A stretch of DNA of 64,000 nt from an uncultured Clostridia bacterium. Lineage in GTDB: Bacteria > Bacillota > Clostridia > TANB77 > CAG-508. A model generated the notes under the pieces. The model saw only the letters and a list, made by a program, of their open reading frames with translations. It was not told where the DNA came from and searched no databases. The DNA lies in assembly GCA_934122385.1 (NCBI GenBank), contig CAKOWP010000002.1, forward strand, positions 610 through 64,609. The letters run 5' to 3'. Numbering within the stretch: the first letter of the stretch is position 1; every line of letters begins with the position of its first letter. Positions 36,228-46,998 of this stretch are shown piece by piece. Both the position numbers and the translations under genes were made by a program.

Positions 36228-37928
36228 TTATCTTAATATTGACCCTATTAAATTAACTATTATAAATGCTAATTGCATACTTGAAATTTTTAATACTATT
36301 TCATTGTCCTCTTGAGTCTTTAACATTTTGCTTGATGCACATATCATAATTAATGAAATAATTGGAAATATATATCTTGGTTGATATCCTAAAACATAGT
36401 TAGCTCCAACTGGTGCACACGCAATATATAATATACCACTTGTAAAACAAAATGTTAGCATAAATGCAGCTAAAAATACTATTTTTTCTTTTTTATTAAA
36501 GTTCTTTGAGTCATCCCTTACTGCAACATAAAAATAATATAAAAACATAACTACAAATATATTAGATGAGTTTTGTGCAAAATACAAATCAGAGTTAAAC
36601 ATTTGTAACCATGCAAAATTAAGTAAACAATTTTTCACTTGATTTTTTATTACACTTAATACAATTAATGGGTTGTGTATTGCATTTTTTATTTGCTCAG
36701 TTGCATTTACATTTTCATATCTATTATCTGTTAAATTAATTTTAGGTTGAAGATATAATATTAATAAATTTACAATAATAAATGCAATTAATATTACAGG
36801 TATTTGTTTTTTGTATTTTTTTATAATGTCTTTTAAAGGTAATAAAAACATTATTAGCCCAACAAATATATATGACATTGATTTAAACATCAATAGTAGT
36901 GTATACAAACATAGTAATACAATTATATTTTTTAATGTTATATTTTCTTTGTCATTATATAATTTTAAGAAATATGCTATAAACAAAGAGGCTAGTCCAA
37001 CTCCAATTCCATCAACAGAGTATGTTGATGCAAAACATAAAAACATTGGAATTGTTAATATTATGAAAAACGTATTCTTTTTATATGGTAATATTTTCAA
37101 TGCTAATGCTATTAATGCTATATATGTTGCTAAGTTAAAAATTCTACCCATAAAAAATACATCTGCAACACTTCCCTGTAGTATTCTACCTACAAGTATT
37201 CCCAAAGTTGATGGAATATATATTACAGCATTATATGATGTTGGCATAGAATCAACCAAATATTCTTCTGGTAAATTTCCATTTTGGAATTCATATTTTT
37301 CTCCAAAAAGAGATACAAAAATTGAATAATGTGTTCCTCTAGGTATTTCTTCCATAAATTGTTTATCAACAACAGGATTTTCAACATCTAAATTTCCATA
37401 TGATAAATTATATGCAGACATAAAATGTCTTTTTTCATCTAAAATATGATATACATTTACTGTAAAGCAAAATATCATTCCTATCATAAATATTGAAATT
37501 AAATTTGTATAATATTTTTTTGTTAACATTTCTACTGATATAAATCCAGTTATTAATGATACTGATATTAAGGTAAAGTGTATTAATGCCAAATCTTGTT
37601 TAACTAAAAACTTATACGCATATATTGCAATTGCTACAATTGCTAATAAAAAATATAAAATCATTACTATCTTTTTTGTTTTGCTTTTAAATGATTCACT
37701 TACATCATCTATTATTTTACTTCTGTTTATAAAGAATATTGCTATTAATATTCCTAAATATGCAACTCCCCTACATAAAGAGAAGTAAAATCCTTGAACA
37801 GGTTGACGTGTTACTAAATCTGTTGTGAATTTAACATTACAGTATCCAAATTCAAAAATTATAAGATTTATAATTATAGCTATCCAATTAAAAATTTTTA
37901 TATTTCTTTTACTGAAAATCTTTTCCAT
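36228..37928 (-). CDS. DUF2142-like GT-C membrane glycosyltransferase candidate
   Basis: More than 12 TM segments. The first loop carries the DEKRHFMSAYNLSYG (DE..H) motif. Confidence 0.55.
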   Translation of the reverse strand: MEKIFSKRNIKIFNWIAIIINLIIFEFGYCNVKFTTDLVTRQPVQGFYFSLCRGVAYLGILIAIFFINRSKIIDDVSESFKSKTKKIVMILYFLLAIVAIAIYAYKFLVKQDLALIHFTLISVSLITGFISVEMLTKKYYTNLISIFMIGMIFCFTVNVYHILDEKRHFMSAYNLSYGNLDVENPVVDKQFMEEIPRGTHYSIFVSLFGEKYEFQNGNLPEEYLVDSMPTSYNAVIYIPSTLGILVGRILQGSVADVFFMGRIFNLATYIALIALALKILPYKKNTFFIILTIPMFLCFASTYSVDGIGVGLASLFIAYFLKLYNDKENITLKNIIVLLCLYTLLLMFKSMSYIFVGLIMFLLPLKDIIKKYKKQIPVILIAFIIVNLLILYLQPKINLTDNRYENVNATEQIKNAIHNPLIVLSVIKNQVKNCLLNFAWLQMFNSDLYFAQNSSNIFVVMFLYYFYVAVRDDSKNFNKKEKIVFLAAFMLTFCFTSGILYIACAPVGANYVLGYQPRYIFPIISLIMICASSKMLKTQEDNEIVLKISSMQLAFIIVNLIGSILR

Positions 37929-38088
37929 AATTTTTTATCCGTTTTTCCTTTCATTTATTTTTATTTCTTATTTTCTAATAATTCTACTTTTTGTTCAATT
38001 GTATAAATTTTTCCTAACTTTATATAATTAAAATAGTTTGTACAAAAATTTGCTTTGCAAATTTTGCACTCGAACAAAGACGCGGACT

Positions 38089-39141
38089 TTAAAATGCTAT
38101 AATAAGTGCAGACTTTATTATTGTCCGCTTTTGTTCTACTTTAAAAAGATTTTGGATATTTTTATTCAAAACATACAAAATTTTTGCACATATACCTATA
38201 ACTATCCAACAAGTAATATATAAACATATTGTTTCTGATACACGTAATGTTTTATTTGTAAATGTACTTTCTATTTTCATTATTATATAATGATGTACTA
38301 AAAATATTGCATATGAGTATTTACCTATAATATTAAATATTTTTTGAACATTAATATTTTCAATTTTTTCTCCTATATATCCTAATACAATAAATAAATT
38401 ATATCCAATAAAGTTAGCTATTAATACAGTTTTGTTTAAACTACTTGAACTATTTGGAATCAAATACGCTATAATTGCTAATACAAGTGCCACTATGGCT
38501 TGCCATAACTTAAATTGTTTTATATATTTAATAACATACATTCCTAATACAAAACTATATGTACAAATAATTAAATTTTTATTTATAGGCATTACACCAT
38601 TTCTATAAAAAATTAATAATGCAAAATTTATAAGAGTGTATACCCCAATAAATATTTTTGGATATTTATTAACAATTTTTCGTAAAATTGGAAATAGTAT
38701 ATATATAAATACTATACAACCTAAAAACCATTCGCCTATTAAATAAAAAGTTTGTGTATATGGGCTTAAGTATCCATCCATTGCTAATAATGATATTCCC
38801 AATTTATAAGTTGGTAAATCCCATATTATTCCTTTACATCCATAAAAAATGTATATAAATACAAGTGTATATGCTATCCAGAACATAGGATATATTCCTA
38901 AAAATCTTTTCTTAGCATATTTTTTCAAGTCTATTTTTTCTCCATAATTGTACATTAAAGATGCACCTGATATCATGAAAAATAGTGTTACACCTATCAT
39001 TCCCCATTTTCCATTTGAAAAAATTTTAAATCCTGTAATGTTATTTTCTGCAAAGTGCACGTAAAAATGATATGTTACTATCATAATCATTGATATAACT
39101 CTTATAAAATCTAAATAAAAAATTTTTTTCTTTTTCTCCAT
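38089..39141 (-). CDS. Acyltransferase family 3 (O-acetyltransferase) membrane protein
   Basis: 10 TM segments. N-terminal YLDFIRVISMIMIVTYHF motif. Confidence 0.8.
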   Translation of the reverse strand: MEKKKKIFYLDFIRVISMIMIVTYHFYVHFAENNITGFKIFSNGKWGMIGVTLFFMISGASLMYNYGEKIDLKKYAKKRFLGIYPMFWIAYTLVFIYIFYGCKGIIWDLPTYKLGISLLAMDGYLSPYTQTFYLIGEWFLGCIVFIYILFPILRKIVNKYPKIFIGVYTLINFALLIFYRNGVMPINKNLIICTYSFVLGMYVIKYIKQFKLWQAIVALVLAIIAYLIPNSSSSLNKTVLIANFIGYNLFIVLGYIGEKIENINVQKIFNIIGKYSYAIFLVHHYIIMKIESTFTNKTLRVSETICLYITCWIVIGICAKILYVLNKNIQNLFKVEQKRTIIKSALIIAF

Positions 39142-39142
39142 T

Positions 39143-41377
39143 TTATTTTCCTTTTATCTTTCCCTTTATTTTCTTAGATATTTTCCATATCTTTGTATTT
39201 CTTAATTTTTCATATTTATAAACTACATGTCCATACAAAGCTTGATATTGGTCAAAATCTTGCTCTCTTGTTTTTGTTCTATATTCCATAAAGCTGTAAG
39301 CGTCGGCTACTAATTTTGTGTTTTCAATTTTAACATTATTATATAATTCAATATAATAGTTTTGCATTTCTGTAACTGTTTTAAATTTATAATTTTTAAA
39401 ATTATTTTTCTTATTGTTATATTCTTCCTTATTATTATGTATTTCTTCTATTTTTTCAAGTATTTTTGTAGAATTTGTAGAAAAACTTATTGTCCATCCT
39501 AATTCATCTTTTTTAATCCTATCCCCTACTGCTCCAATATTAAATGTAAGTACTGGCACATGTGCCATATAGCATTCTGTTAATGTATATGAATATGTTT
39601 CTGGCCATGTTGCAAAAATGCATACTAAGTCAATGTTATTATCTATCAATAATTGAGGTAATTCTCCTCTTCTATATGGTCCATGGTTTGTATAATTCTT
39701 TTGATTTTTTGTTAATTCTGGTAATTCAGATTTTCCAAATAAATGTATTTTTATATTTGAATTATTATTAGTTCTAATTAAATCTTTTAATATGTTTCCA
39801 CCTTTGTGTATAGCCATTGCTCCAACAAATGCTACATTAAATGTATTGTTTTCCGCTTTTCTTTCTTTGTTTTTTACTTCTATTACATCAACACCATGTT
39901 CTACAACTTCAAAATTTATATCTTTATAAGTTTTTTCAAAAATATTTTTAGTATTATCAGATGGAACTATTATTTTATCAAATTTTTCTAATACTTCTTT
40001 GCAAGTATTTTTCCAATTTTCTATTATATTGCTATTTACACCATATCTATTGTGTAGACATTTTTCACAATTTTTTTCTTTATCATATTCACAATAAATA
40101 TCTTTATATACCATATTTATTGAAGGACAAATCATATATAAATCATGTAATGTAAGTATTGAATATATATTTCTTTCTTTTGCTACATCTATTGCATCAA
40201 ATGTCTGGAATAAGAAATGATGCACATGTAATATGTTTATTTTGAAACTGTCAAATATGTTTTCTACCATTTCTTTATACCTGTTATTTGTATAAACAAT
40301 TTGACCATATTGATTTATATCTGTTTTGTAATTTGCTATCTCTCTTCCGCCTTTATCTGTATACAAATATAATTTAAATCTTGATAAATCATTTTTATCT
40401 GGTGCTAATACAAAACTTGCTATTCCATTTTTGTTATTGGCAATAATTATATCTTTTATATGTAATGATGTTCCTCCTGTCATTTCCATATTTGCTTCCC
40501 ATTCATTTACAAGATACAAAATTCTCTTCTTACCATATAATTGTATATTTAAGCTTACATTTTCTTGTATATCTCTAATTGGATTATTTGCTAGAAAATT
40601 ATCTGTTTTTTGGACATATATTGGATGTTTTTTTCTTAATAAATTCATATGTTCTTCAATTAAAGCTGCTCTTGATGCTGTAAGGTTTTCCTTTTTAAAA
40701 CTTTGTGTCCCTTTATGATATATAAATGTATTATCACATAATACATTTGTGTACCCATGGTCTAGGGCTCTATAGCAAAAATCATTTTCTTCGCCATATC
40801 CTTTTCCAAATGTTTCATCATCAAATAAACCTACTTCTTTTATTACATCTCTTTTAATGTACATACAAAATCCATTTCCAGTTGTCAATTGTGGATATCT
40901 ATTTTTTGATATTTCTTCTATCATTTTTGCATATTCTTCAAGTGACATATTTTCTGGTAAATCGTTGTCTACTCCAAAATTTGGTACTGATGCAATTGTT
41001 CCATTGTTTGTAAGCGGTGTTACTGTTGCTATATACTCATTTGAATATGCACATTTTTGTATTTTTTCTGTCCATCCCTCTGTAACTTCTGTATCGCTGT
41101 TTAACAAGATTACATCATTTCCTGAATATTGCATACCTTTATTTACTGTTTTTACAAATCCCATATTTTGTTCATTATCTAATACTACAATTTTTTTATC
41201 TGTATTTTCATTTTTATATTTTAATAGCATTGGTAATATTTTTTCATCTGGGCTTTTGTCATTTATTAATACAAGTGTATGTACTACTAAATCAGTATTT
41301 TTTATTACACTTTTTATACATTCTTCTGTAAATTCATATGCATTATAAATTGGTACTATTATATCTATTGGTTTCAT
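39143..41377 (-). CDS. Bifunctional glycosyltransferase (N-terminal GT2, C-terminal GT4-like)
   Basis: IIVPIYNAYEFTEECIKSV and LNSDTEV GT2 motifs. The C-terminal half is GT-B-like (EHGVD...FVGAM). Confidence 0.75.
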   Translation of the reverse strand: MKPIDIIVPIYNAYEFTEECIKSVIKNTDLVVHTLVLINDKSPDEKILPMLLKYKNENTDKKIVVLDNEQNMGFVKTVNKGMQYSGNDVILLNSDTEVTEGWTEKIQKCAYSNEYIATVTPLTNNGTIASVPNFGVDNDLPENMSLEEYAKMIEEISKNRYPQLTTGNGFCMYIKRDVIKEVGLFDDETFGKGYGEENDFCYRALDHGYTNVLCDNTFIYHKGTQSFKKENLTASRAALIEEHMNLLRKKHPIYVQKTDNFLANNPIRDIQENVSLNIQLYGKKRILYLVNEWEANMEMTGGTSLHIKDIIIANNKNGIASFVLAPDKNDLSRFKLYLYTDKGGREIANYKTDINQYGQIVYTNNRYKEMVENIFDSFKINILHVHHFLFQTFDAIDVAKERNIYSILTLHDLYMICPSINMVYKDIYCEYDKEKNCEKCLHNRYGVNSNIIENWKNTCKEVLEKFDKIIVPSDNTKNIFEKTYKDINFEVVEHGVDVIEVKNKERKAENNTFNVAFVGAMAIHKGGNILKDLIRTNNNSNIKIHLFGKSELPELTKNQKNYTNHGPYRRGELPQLLIDNNIDLVCIFATWPETYSYTLTECYMAHVPVLTFNIGAVGDRIKKDELGWTISFSTNSTKILEKIEEIHNNKEEYNNKKNNFKNYKFKTVTEMQNYYIELYNNVKIENTKLVADAYSFMEYRTKTREQDFDQYQALYGHVVYKYEKLRNTKIWKISKKIKGKIKGK

Positions 41378-41408
41378 AATTTCCTCTCTTTTTATACTAA
41401 TATTTTTA

Positions 41409-43112
41409 TTACACGTTTAAGCTTAATCCTGTATTCGTTTTACTTAAATTTGGACTAAAGAATATATCGCCTTTTTCGTACATATCATTCCATTTCTTTT
41501 GAATCTTTGTTTCTTCTGATGGTATTTTTTCAGCTTGTCCTAATTTTTTAACTTCAAAAGTAATTATTGGATTTATTACAATTTGTTTTCCAGAAGCTAA
41601 CATTTTCAAACATGTATCTATGCTTTGTGCTAATCCTCTAAAATCACCTGTAAATCCGCCTGTTTGCATAAATATGTCTTTGTCTATCATTGCATATTTT
41701 ACATATACACAAGATACATTATGGATTATTAATAATCTTTGCATATATGTTCCAACATCTTTTGGTGCACCTTTATATAGAAAATCTCCTGCTCCATTCA
41801 TTCCTAGAATAATTCCGCTGTGTTCTACTTGTCCATTTTTATTGTATAATTTAGTTCCTACTATTCCAACATTTTTATCTTGGCAGATTCCAACTAAGTC
41901 TTCTATATATGTTGATTTATCAATTTTATTTAAGTTTTCATCAACTATCATAAAATACTTTCCTTCTGCCTGTATAACAGCTTCGTTATAATCTTTAAAT
42001 ACGTCATTTGTTGGTTTTATTACTTTTTTTACATTTTCTATATCTTTGCTTGAAATAACAAGTATTTCATAGTTTTTATAATTTGTATTATTATCTATTT
42101 TTCTAACTATTTTTTCTACATCATTTTCAAAGCAATTTCTTCCATCAACTATTATACTAACTTTTGGATTATCTTTTATAGCATATTTTATTTCATAGCT
42201 TCCTGGTGTTAATCCATCTGTAACTTCAACATCAGTATCTAAACTTCTTTTTATATGGTCTTTAATAACCTTTTTTCCAACTTCAAAAGCATATGGCTTT
42301 GAATCAGAATTTTGTGCTGTAGAATTTTTATGTGCTCTCCAATGATATAAAACCTTAGGAATATGAACTATGTGTTGTGTTAATTCAGATGCTCTTGCTA
42401 CAATATCAAAATCTTGGCTTCCATCATATTCACTTCTAAATCCGTCTAATCTATCCATTAATTCTTTTTTAAATATACTAAAATGGCAGATATAATTTGC
42501 ACTGTTTAATGTATATGGTGAAAAGTCTGGTTTAAAGAATACTCCATATCTAGGTCCTTTTGCTGTTTCTAATTTGTCTTCATCTGAATATAGAAATTCT
42601 ACATCAGGATTTTCGTTTATTGCTTTTACAACTTCATATAAAGAAAATACTGGTAATAAATCATCGTGATCTAATAATCCTATAAAATCACCTGTTGCAA
42701 GTGTTAAAGCTTCATTTGTATTTCCTGAAATTCCTTTATTTTCGCCTATTATTTTGTATTTAATTCTATTGTCTTTTTTTGGATATTCTTGCATATATTT
42801 TATTGGCTCTGGCGAACCATCTGCTAAACATAATTCCCAATTAGAATAAGTTTGATTTTGTAAACTTTTTACTAATTCTTCAAAGAATTTTTGTGGTGTG
42901 TTATATACTGGAACAACTATACTAATTTTAGGTTGAATTTTAAACTTAGTATTTCTCTGTTCTTCTAATTCTTTTTTATTTGGTTCATTTGCATCTATCC
43001 ATTTTTTATATATTCTTTCTTCTTCGCTATATTTTGCAAAAAATTTATTGTATATTTTTTTTGCTACTTCTCTTCTTTTTGATCCTTCTGGTAATATTTT
43101 TTTAATACACAT
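41409..43112 (-). CDS. Two-domain GT2 glycosyltransferase (rhamnan-type polymerising GT candidate)
   Basis: SIVVPVYNTPQKFF...LDHDD GT2 motifs, followed by a second GT-A-like half. Confidence 0.75.
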   Translation of the reverse strand: MCIKKILPEGSKRREVAKKIYNKFFAKYSEEERIYKKWIDANEPNKKELEEQRNTKFKIQPKISIVVPVYNTPQKFFEELVKSLQNQTYSNWELCLADGSPEPIKYMQEYPKKDNRIKYKIIGENKGISGNTNEALTLATGDFIGLLDHDDLLPVFSLYEVVKAINENPDVEFLYSDEDKLETAKGPRYGVFFKPDFSPYTLNSANYICHFSIFKKELMDRLDGFRSEYDGSQDFDIVARASELTQHIVHIPKVLYHWRAHKNSTAQNSDSKPYAFEVGKKVIKDHIKRSLDTDVEVTDGLTPGSYEIKYAIKDNPKVSIIVDGRNCFENDVEKIVRKIDNNTNYKNYEILVISSKDIENVKKVIKPTNDVFKDYNEAVIQAEGKYFMIVDENLNKIDKSTYIEDLVGICQDKNVGIVGTKLYNKNGQVEHSGIILGMNGAGDFLYKGAPKDVGTYMQRLLIIHNVSCVYVKYAMIDKDIFMQTGGFTGDFRGLAQSIDTCLKMLASGKQIVINPIITFEVKKLGQAEKIPSEETKIQKKWNDMYEKGDIFFSPNLSKTNTGLSLNV

Positions 43113-43126
43113 AATTATACCTCTTT

Positions 43127-44620
43127 TTATTTTTTCATATTCAACATTCTTTCTAAATTAGTTATATATTCTTGTTTCTTTTCATTATCATGTTTTAAAT
43201 CAGAATAATACTGTTCTAAGTTCTTTATATATTTATCTTTGTTGTTTATTTCTTCTAAATATGATTTATTTTCATTTATTAGATTATCGATTGCTTTTAA
43301 ATTTTCTTTTTTATACATTGCATCATATATTTCCTCATCTAATATTCCTTCTCTTAACTTTTTATCAATTTCATTAAAGAATTCCTTATATTTTAAAATA
43401 TTTAATCTTTCCAGCAATTCATCTAAATTTATTTTACGAACTAAATCATATGAATTAATAACTGACCTATATATTATAAATTCAACTGGTAAATATTCTT
43501 TTTCCCATTCTTGGTCAAAAAATATAAATTTTTTATCTATATAAAAGCAGTTTTTAGATATCATATCCCAATAAGCATTTTTCATATAATTTAAATTTTT
43601 CATTAAATCTTCATCTGTTCTAAAAGTCAATTTATCATTGCATTGTTCATATTTTAAAGAATTTTTCAACAATATATTTTTTAAATCATTTAAAATATTT
43701 ACTATTGCATTTATATCATCAATTTTTTCATATAATACTTCATCTAAAGTTGTTTCGTTTTTTATTAATTTGCTATATATTTTTCCATCTTTTTCATAAT
43801 CTAATATTTCTATATTTTCATCCTTAACATTATGAATTATATTTGTCATATTTGCAATATGTTTATTTGCCTCTTCATTTGCTGGCAATTTTTCTACAAC
43901 ATTATCTTTTATTATTGTCATAAGTTGATATTGTTCTTTTCTGCAATTATTGAAAGATATATATTTTATATCATTTTTACTTTCATAATTTGATGCCTCC
44001 ATAAAATATGAATTTGCAAATATATCAAGCATTTCTGGTGAAGTTGATATTACTGTTTTTAATACATTTTTTTCATCGAACACCTTTATTTCATCTTCAG
44101 AAATATCAGGATTATATTTGTCAATTTGTCCTTTTCCAATTTTAAAATTTTTATTTATAATTAGCTCAGCTGTTCTGTAGTTTGGAAAAGCATAAAATAT
44201 GTTATTAACATTCAAGTTATTATTTTCTATTTCATTTTCAATACAATTTATTGTTTTTATTTTGTTATTATCTTCCAGGCTTAAAACTCCATTCTGTCTG
44301 TTTATATCATATTTACTCCAATTATTAATTCCTAAACCATTATTTCCTATAATTAATATTTTGCCGGTATCATTTAACATGTTTTTAACTATCTTAATTA
44401 TATTTTTATATCTTTCATATCCATATATTAAGATATAATCATATTTAAGGCTTTGTTCAATTTCTTCAATATCATTAATTACATTAACACTAATAAATTT
44501 TTTCCTTAATTCTTTTGTTATATAATTATTTATACCAATTTGAAGTATCGTTTTGTTATTATCAAAAGGATACCATTTGATTATATTTGAATTAAATTTT
44601 TCTAATTTATCTTGATTCAC
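43127..44620 (-). CDS. Rossmann-like N-terminal domain protein with a C-terminal coiled coil (WbdD-like chain terminator/ruler candidate)
   Basis: Degenerate methyltransferase-like ILQIG...ILIYGYE...KILIIGNN pattern. About 60 aa of C-terminal heptad-rich sequence. Sits next to wzt. Confidence 0.4.
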   Translation of the reverse strand: MNQDKLEKFNSNIIKWYPFDNNKTILQIGINNYITKELRKKFISVNVINDIEEIEQSLKYDYILIYGYERYKNIIKIVKNMLNDTGKILIIGNNGLGINNWSKYDINRQNGVLSLEDNNKIKTINCIENEIENNNLNVNNIFYAFPNYRTAELIINKNFKIGKGQIDKYNPDISEDEIKVFDEKNVLKTVISTSPEMLDIFANSYFMEASNYESKNDIKYISFNNCRKEQYQLMTIIKDNVVEKLPANEEANKHIANMTNIIHNVKDENIEILDYEKDGKIYSKLIKNETTLDEVLYEKIDDINAIVNILNDLKNILLKNSLKYEQCNDKLTFRTDEDLMKNLNYMKNAYWDMISKNCFYIDKKFIFFDQEWEKEYLPVEFIIYRSVINSYDLVRKINLDELLERLNILKYKEFFNEIDKKLREGILDEEIYDAMYKKENLKAIDNLINENKSYLEEINNKDKYIKNLEQYYSDLKHDNEKKQEYITNLERMLNMKK

Positions 44621-44635
44621 TTACGTTCCTCCATT

Positions 44636-45538
44636 TTAAAAAATCTTAATATTTTGAACTCCATTAAACGCTAAGTAATTTACCTTAACTTTTAAATCTT
44701 CCATCCATTTTCTAGTTTCTTTTGTTGTCCAAGGTCCATCATCTTCAGTTCCGTACATATTGTTTTCCCATATTCTTTGTGTTGTTGGCCACAAGCAAAT
44801 TTCTGGTTTTACAATTTTATATAGCTCCTCTGTTGCTCCTGCTTGTCCATGATGTGCAACTTGAACAATATCAGCTCTTAGATTTTCACCTTGATTTTTT
44901 ATTAATTTTTCACTACTTTCAGATCCTGTATCACCCAAAAACAAAATATCTTTCTGATTAACAGTAAATTTTATTACCATACTCGAATTATTTATAGCAT
45001 TTGTTGTTATTTCAGGATTTTTGATTCCCAATATTTTAGCTGTTACATTATCAATTCTTATTATATCATTTATTTGTGGTTCTATGATTTTTTCTTTTAT
45101 TCTTTCTTGTTCTATTACAGGAAAAAACATATCTATATCTTCTTGTCTTGATGGTTCATTTTCTATATACCACTGTTTATCATTTACAGACATGTATATT
45201 TTTTCGATGTCTATATTTTCATTTTGTGATATAATTTCAAATGCTCCTGCATGGTCTGAATGTGGATGTGTTATAAACCAAGCATCTACTTTACTTCCAT
45301 TATCTACTATATATTTTTCTAATTGTTCTGCATCATCTGTTGTTCCACCATCAATTATTATTATTTTTTCATTTATTGTTTTTATTGCATATCCCATCAT
45401 TTGTCTTGCTGAACACGGAGAAAATTCTGTTAATATTATATAATTATTTCTTCTTTTTATATAAAAAATACTAAATACTATGCATATTATTAATATTGTT
45501 ATTATTGATATTTTTATAGACTTCTTTTTTTCTTTCAT
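44636..45538 (-). CDS. Membrane-anchored MBL-fold metallo-hydrolase (ComEC C-terminal-like)
   Basis: N-terminal TM, plus THPHSDHAG and VAHHG motifs. Confidence 0.8.
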   Translation of the reverse strand: MKEKKKSIKISIITILIICIVFSIFYIKRRNNYIILTEFSPCSARQMMGYAIKTINEKIIIIDGGTTDDAEQLEKYIVDNGSKVDAWFITHPHSDHAGAFEIISQNENIDIEKIYMSVNDKQWYIENEPSRQEDIDMFFPVIEQERIKEKIIEPQINDIIRIDNVTAKILGIKNPEITTNAINNSSMVIKFTVNQKDILFLGDTGSESSEKLIKNQGENLRADIVQVAHHGQAGATEELYKIVKPEICLWPTTQRIWENNMYGTEDDGPWTTKETRKWMEDLKVKVNYLAFNGVQNIKIF

Positions 45539-45603
45539 TTATACATTTATCCCCCTTTGAATATATAAAATTGATTTTTAATTTACAAAATTACATTTTT
45601 TTA

Positions 45604-46929
45604 TTATAATTTTGTAACAGTAATATCAGAATCCAATCTATATAATCCAACGCAATCCTTATTTGATGTTATCTCTACCAATAGAGCATCATATTTTCTA
45701 CTTAAGACTTCTAATTCTCCATTTGCATTAAAGTGTGTACAACTAAAAGACAATGTATATTTATTTGGCGCTAAACTCAATTTTTGTCTAAATTCTGCAA
45801 TAGCAGTGTCACCTTTTTCAAACACACCAGTTACAATTTTTTCTTGAACTGTATTTGTTCCCATCATATCCAAGCCTTTAAAATCTTTTACTGTCATTGT
45901 AAATATTGGATCTGTCACATTATCATGGAATACAACTTTTGATTTTAATACAACTTCCTTATCATTTTCAATTGATGTTAAAATATTTCCATCTGTATCA
46001 AAAATACCAAAATCAATTAAATCTGCCTGTCCGTTTCCATATTCTATTATATTAGGATTTATTGTATAATTTTTCTTCCATTCACCTTGTGGGACATTAA
46101 CAGCTTTTACATTTCTTATATCCTGCTCCTGTTTTAACTTTTCATTTTCTTCAAGTTTTTCTCTATCTTCGTCTAATTTAACAATTATTTTCTTATATTT
46201 TTCTACTCCACCTTTTACATCACCATCGTAAATTTTTTTACCACCATTTATAATTATTGCTCTAGTACAATTTCTTATAACATCTGTGACATTATGAGTA
46301 ACAAAAAGTATAGTTTTACCCTTTTCTTTAAATTGTTCAAACTTTTTAAAACATTTTAATTGAAATGCCATATCTCCAACTGATAACACCTCATCAACAA
46401 TTAAAATATCTGGATCAACATTTATTGCGCATGCAAATGCTAATCTTGCAAACATTCCTGAAGAATATGTTTTTACTGGTTGATATAAATGGTCCCCTAT
46501 ATCAGCAAAATCTATTATATCTTGTTTTGTTGCTTCAATTTGTTCATTTGTTAATCCCATTACTTGTCCATGTTGATATATGTTTTCAATTCCTGTTAAT
46601 TCTGAATTAAATGCTGCTCCTAATTCAAGTAATGAACTTATTTTTCCATTAACTTTAATTTCACCACTCGTTGGTGTAACAACACCTGTTATCATTTTTA
46701 ATAAAGTTGATTTTCCAGCTCCATTTTTTCCCAATATTCCAAGTACTTCGCCTTTTTTTAATTCTAGGTCAAGTCCATCAATCGCACTAAATGTTTCATG
46801 GTTTTTATAAAATGGCAATACTGCTTCTAATAATCTTGCTTTTTTACTTGTATACATTTTGTAATCTTTTTTTAAATTTTTAATTTCAATTATGTTTTCA
46901 GAATTTTCTTGTTTGGTCATTTTTTTCAT
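45604..46929 (-). CDS. Polysaccharide/teichoic-acid ABC exporter ATPase (Wzt/TagH) with a C-terminal glycan-binding-type domain
   Basis: GKNGAGKST Walker A, YSSGM signature, LIVDE Walker B. About 190 extra C-terminal residues are beta-rich (Wzt-C-like). Confidence 0.88.
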   Translation of the reverse strand: MKKMTKQENSENIIEIKNLKKDYKMYTSKKARLLEAVLPFYKNHETFSAIDGLDLELKKGEVLGILGKNGAGKSTLLKMITGVVTPTSGEIKVNGKISSLLELGAAFNSELTGIENIYQHGQVMGLTNEQIEATKQDIIDFADIGDHLYQPVKTYSSGMFARLAFACAINVDPDILIVDEVLSVGDMAFQLKCFKKFEQFKEKGKTILFVTHNVTDVIRNCTRAIIINGGKKIYDGDVKGGVEKYKKIIVKLDEDREKLEENEKLKQEQDIRNVKAVNVPQGEWKKNYTINPNIIEYGNGQADLIDFGIFDTDGNILTSIENDKEVVLKSKVVFHDNVTDPIFTMTVKDFKGLDMMGTNTVQEKIVTGVFEKGDTAIAEFRQKLSLAPNKYTLSFSCTHFNANGELEVLSRKYDALLVEITSNKDCVGLYRLDSDITVTKL

Positions 46930-46998
46930 TCCTTCCTTAGGGAGTAAAATTAATTATTTTTTTAATTCACAAATTTCTTTGTAAACTATAATCTCATT

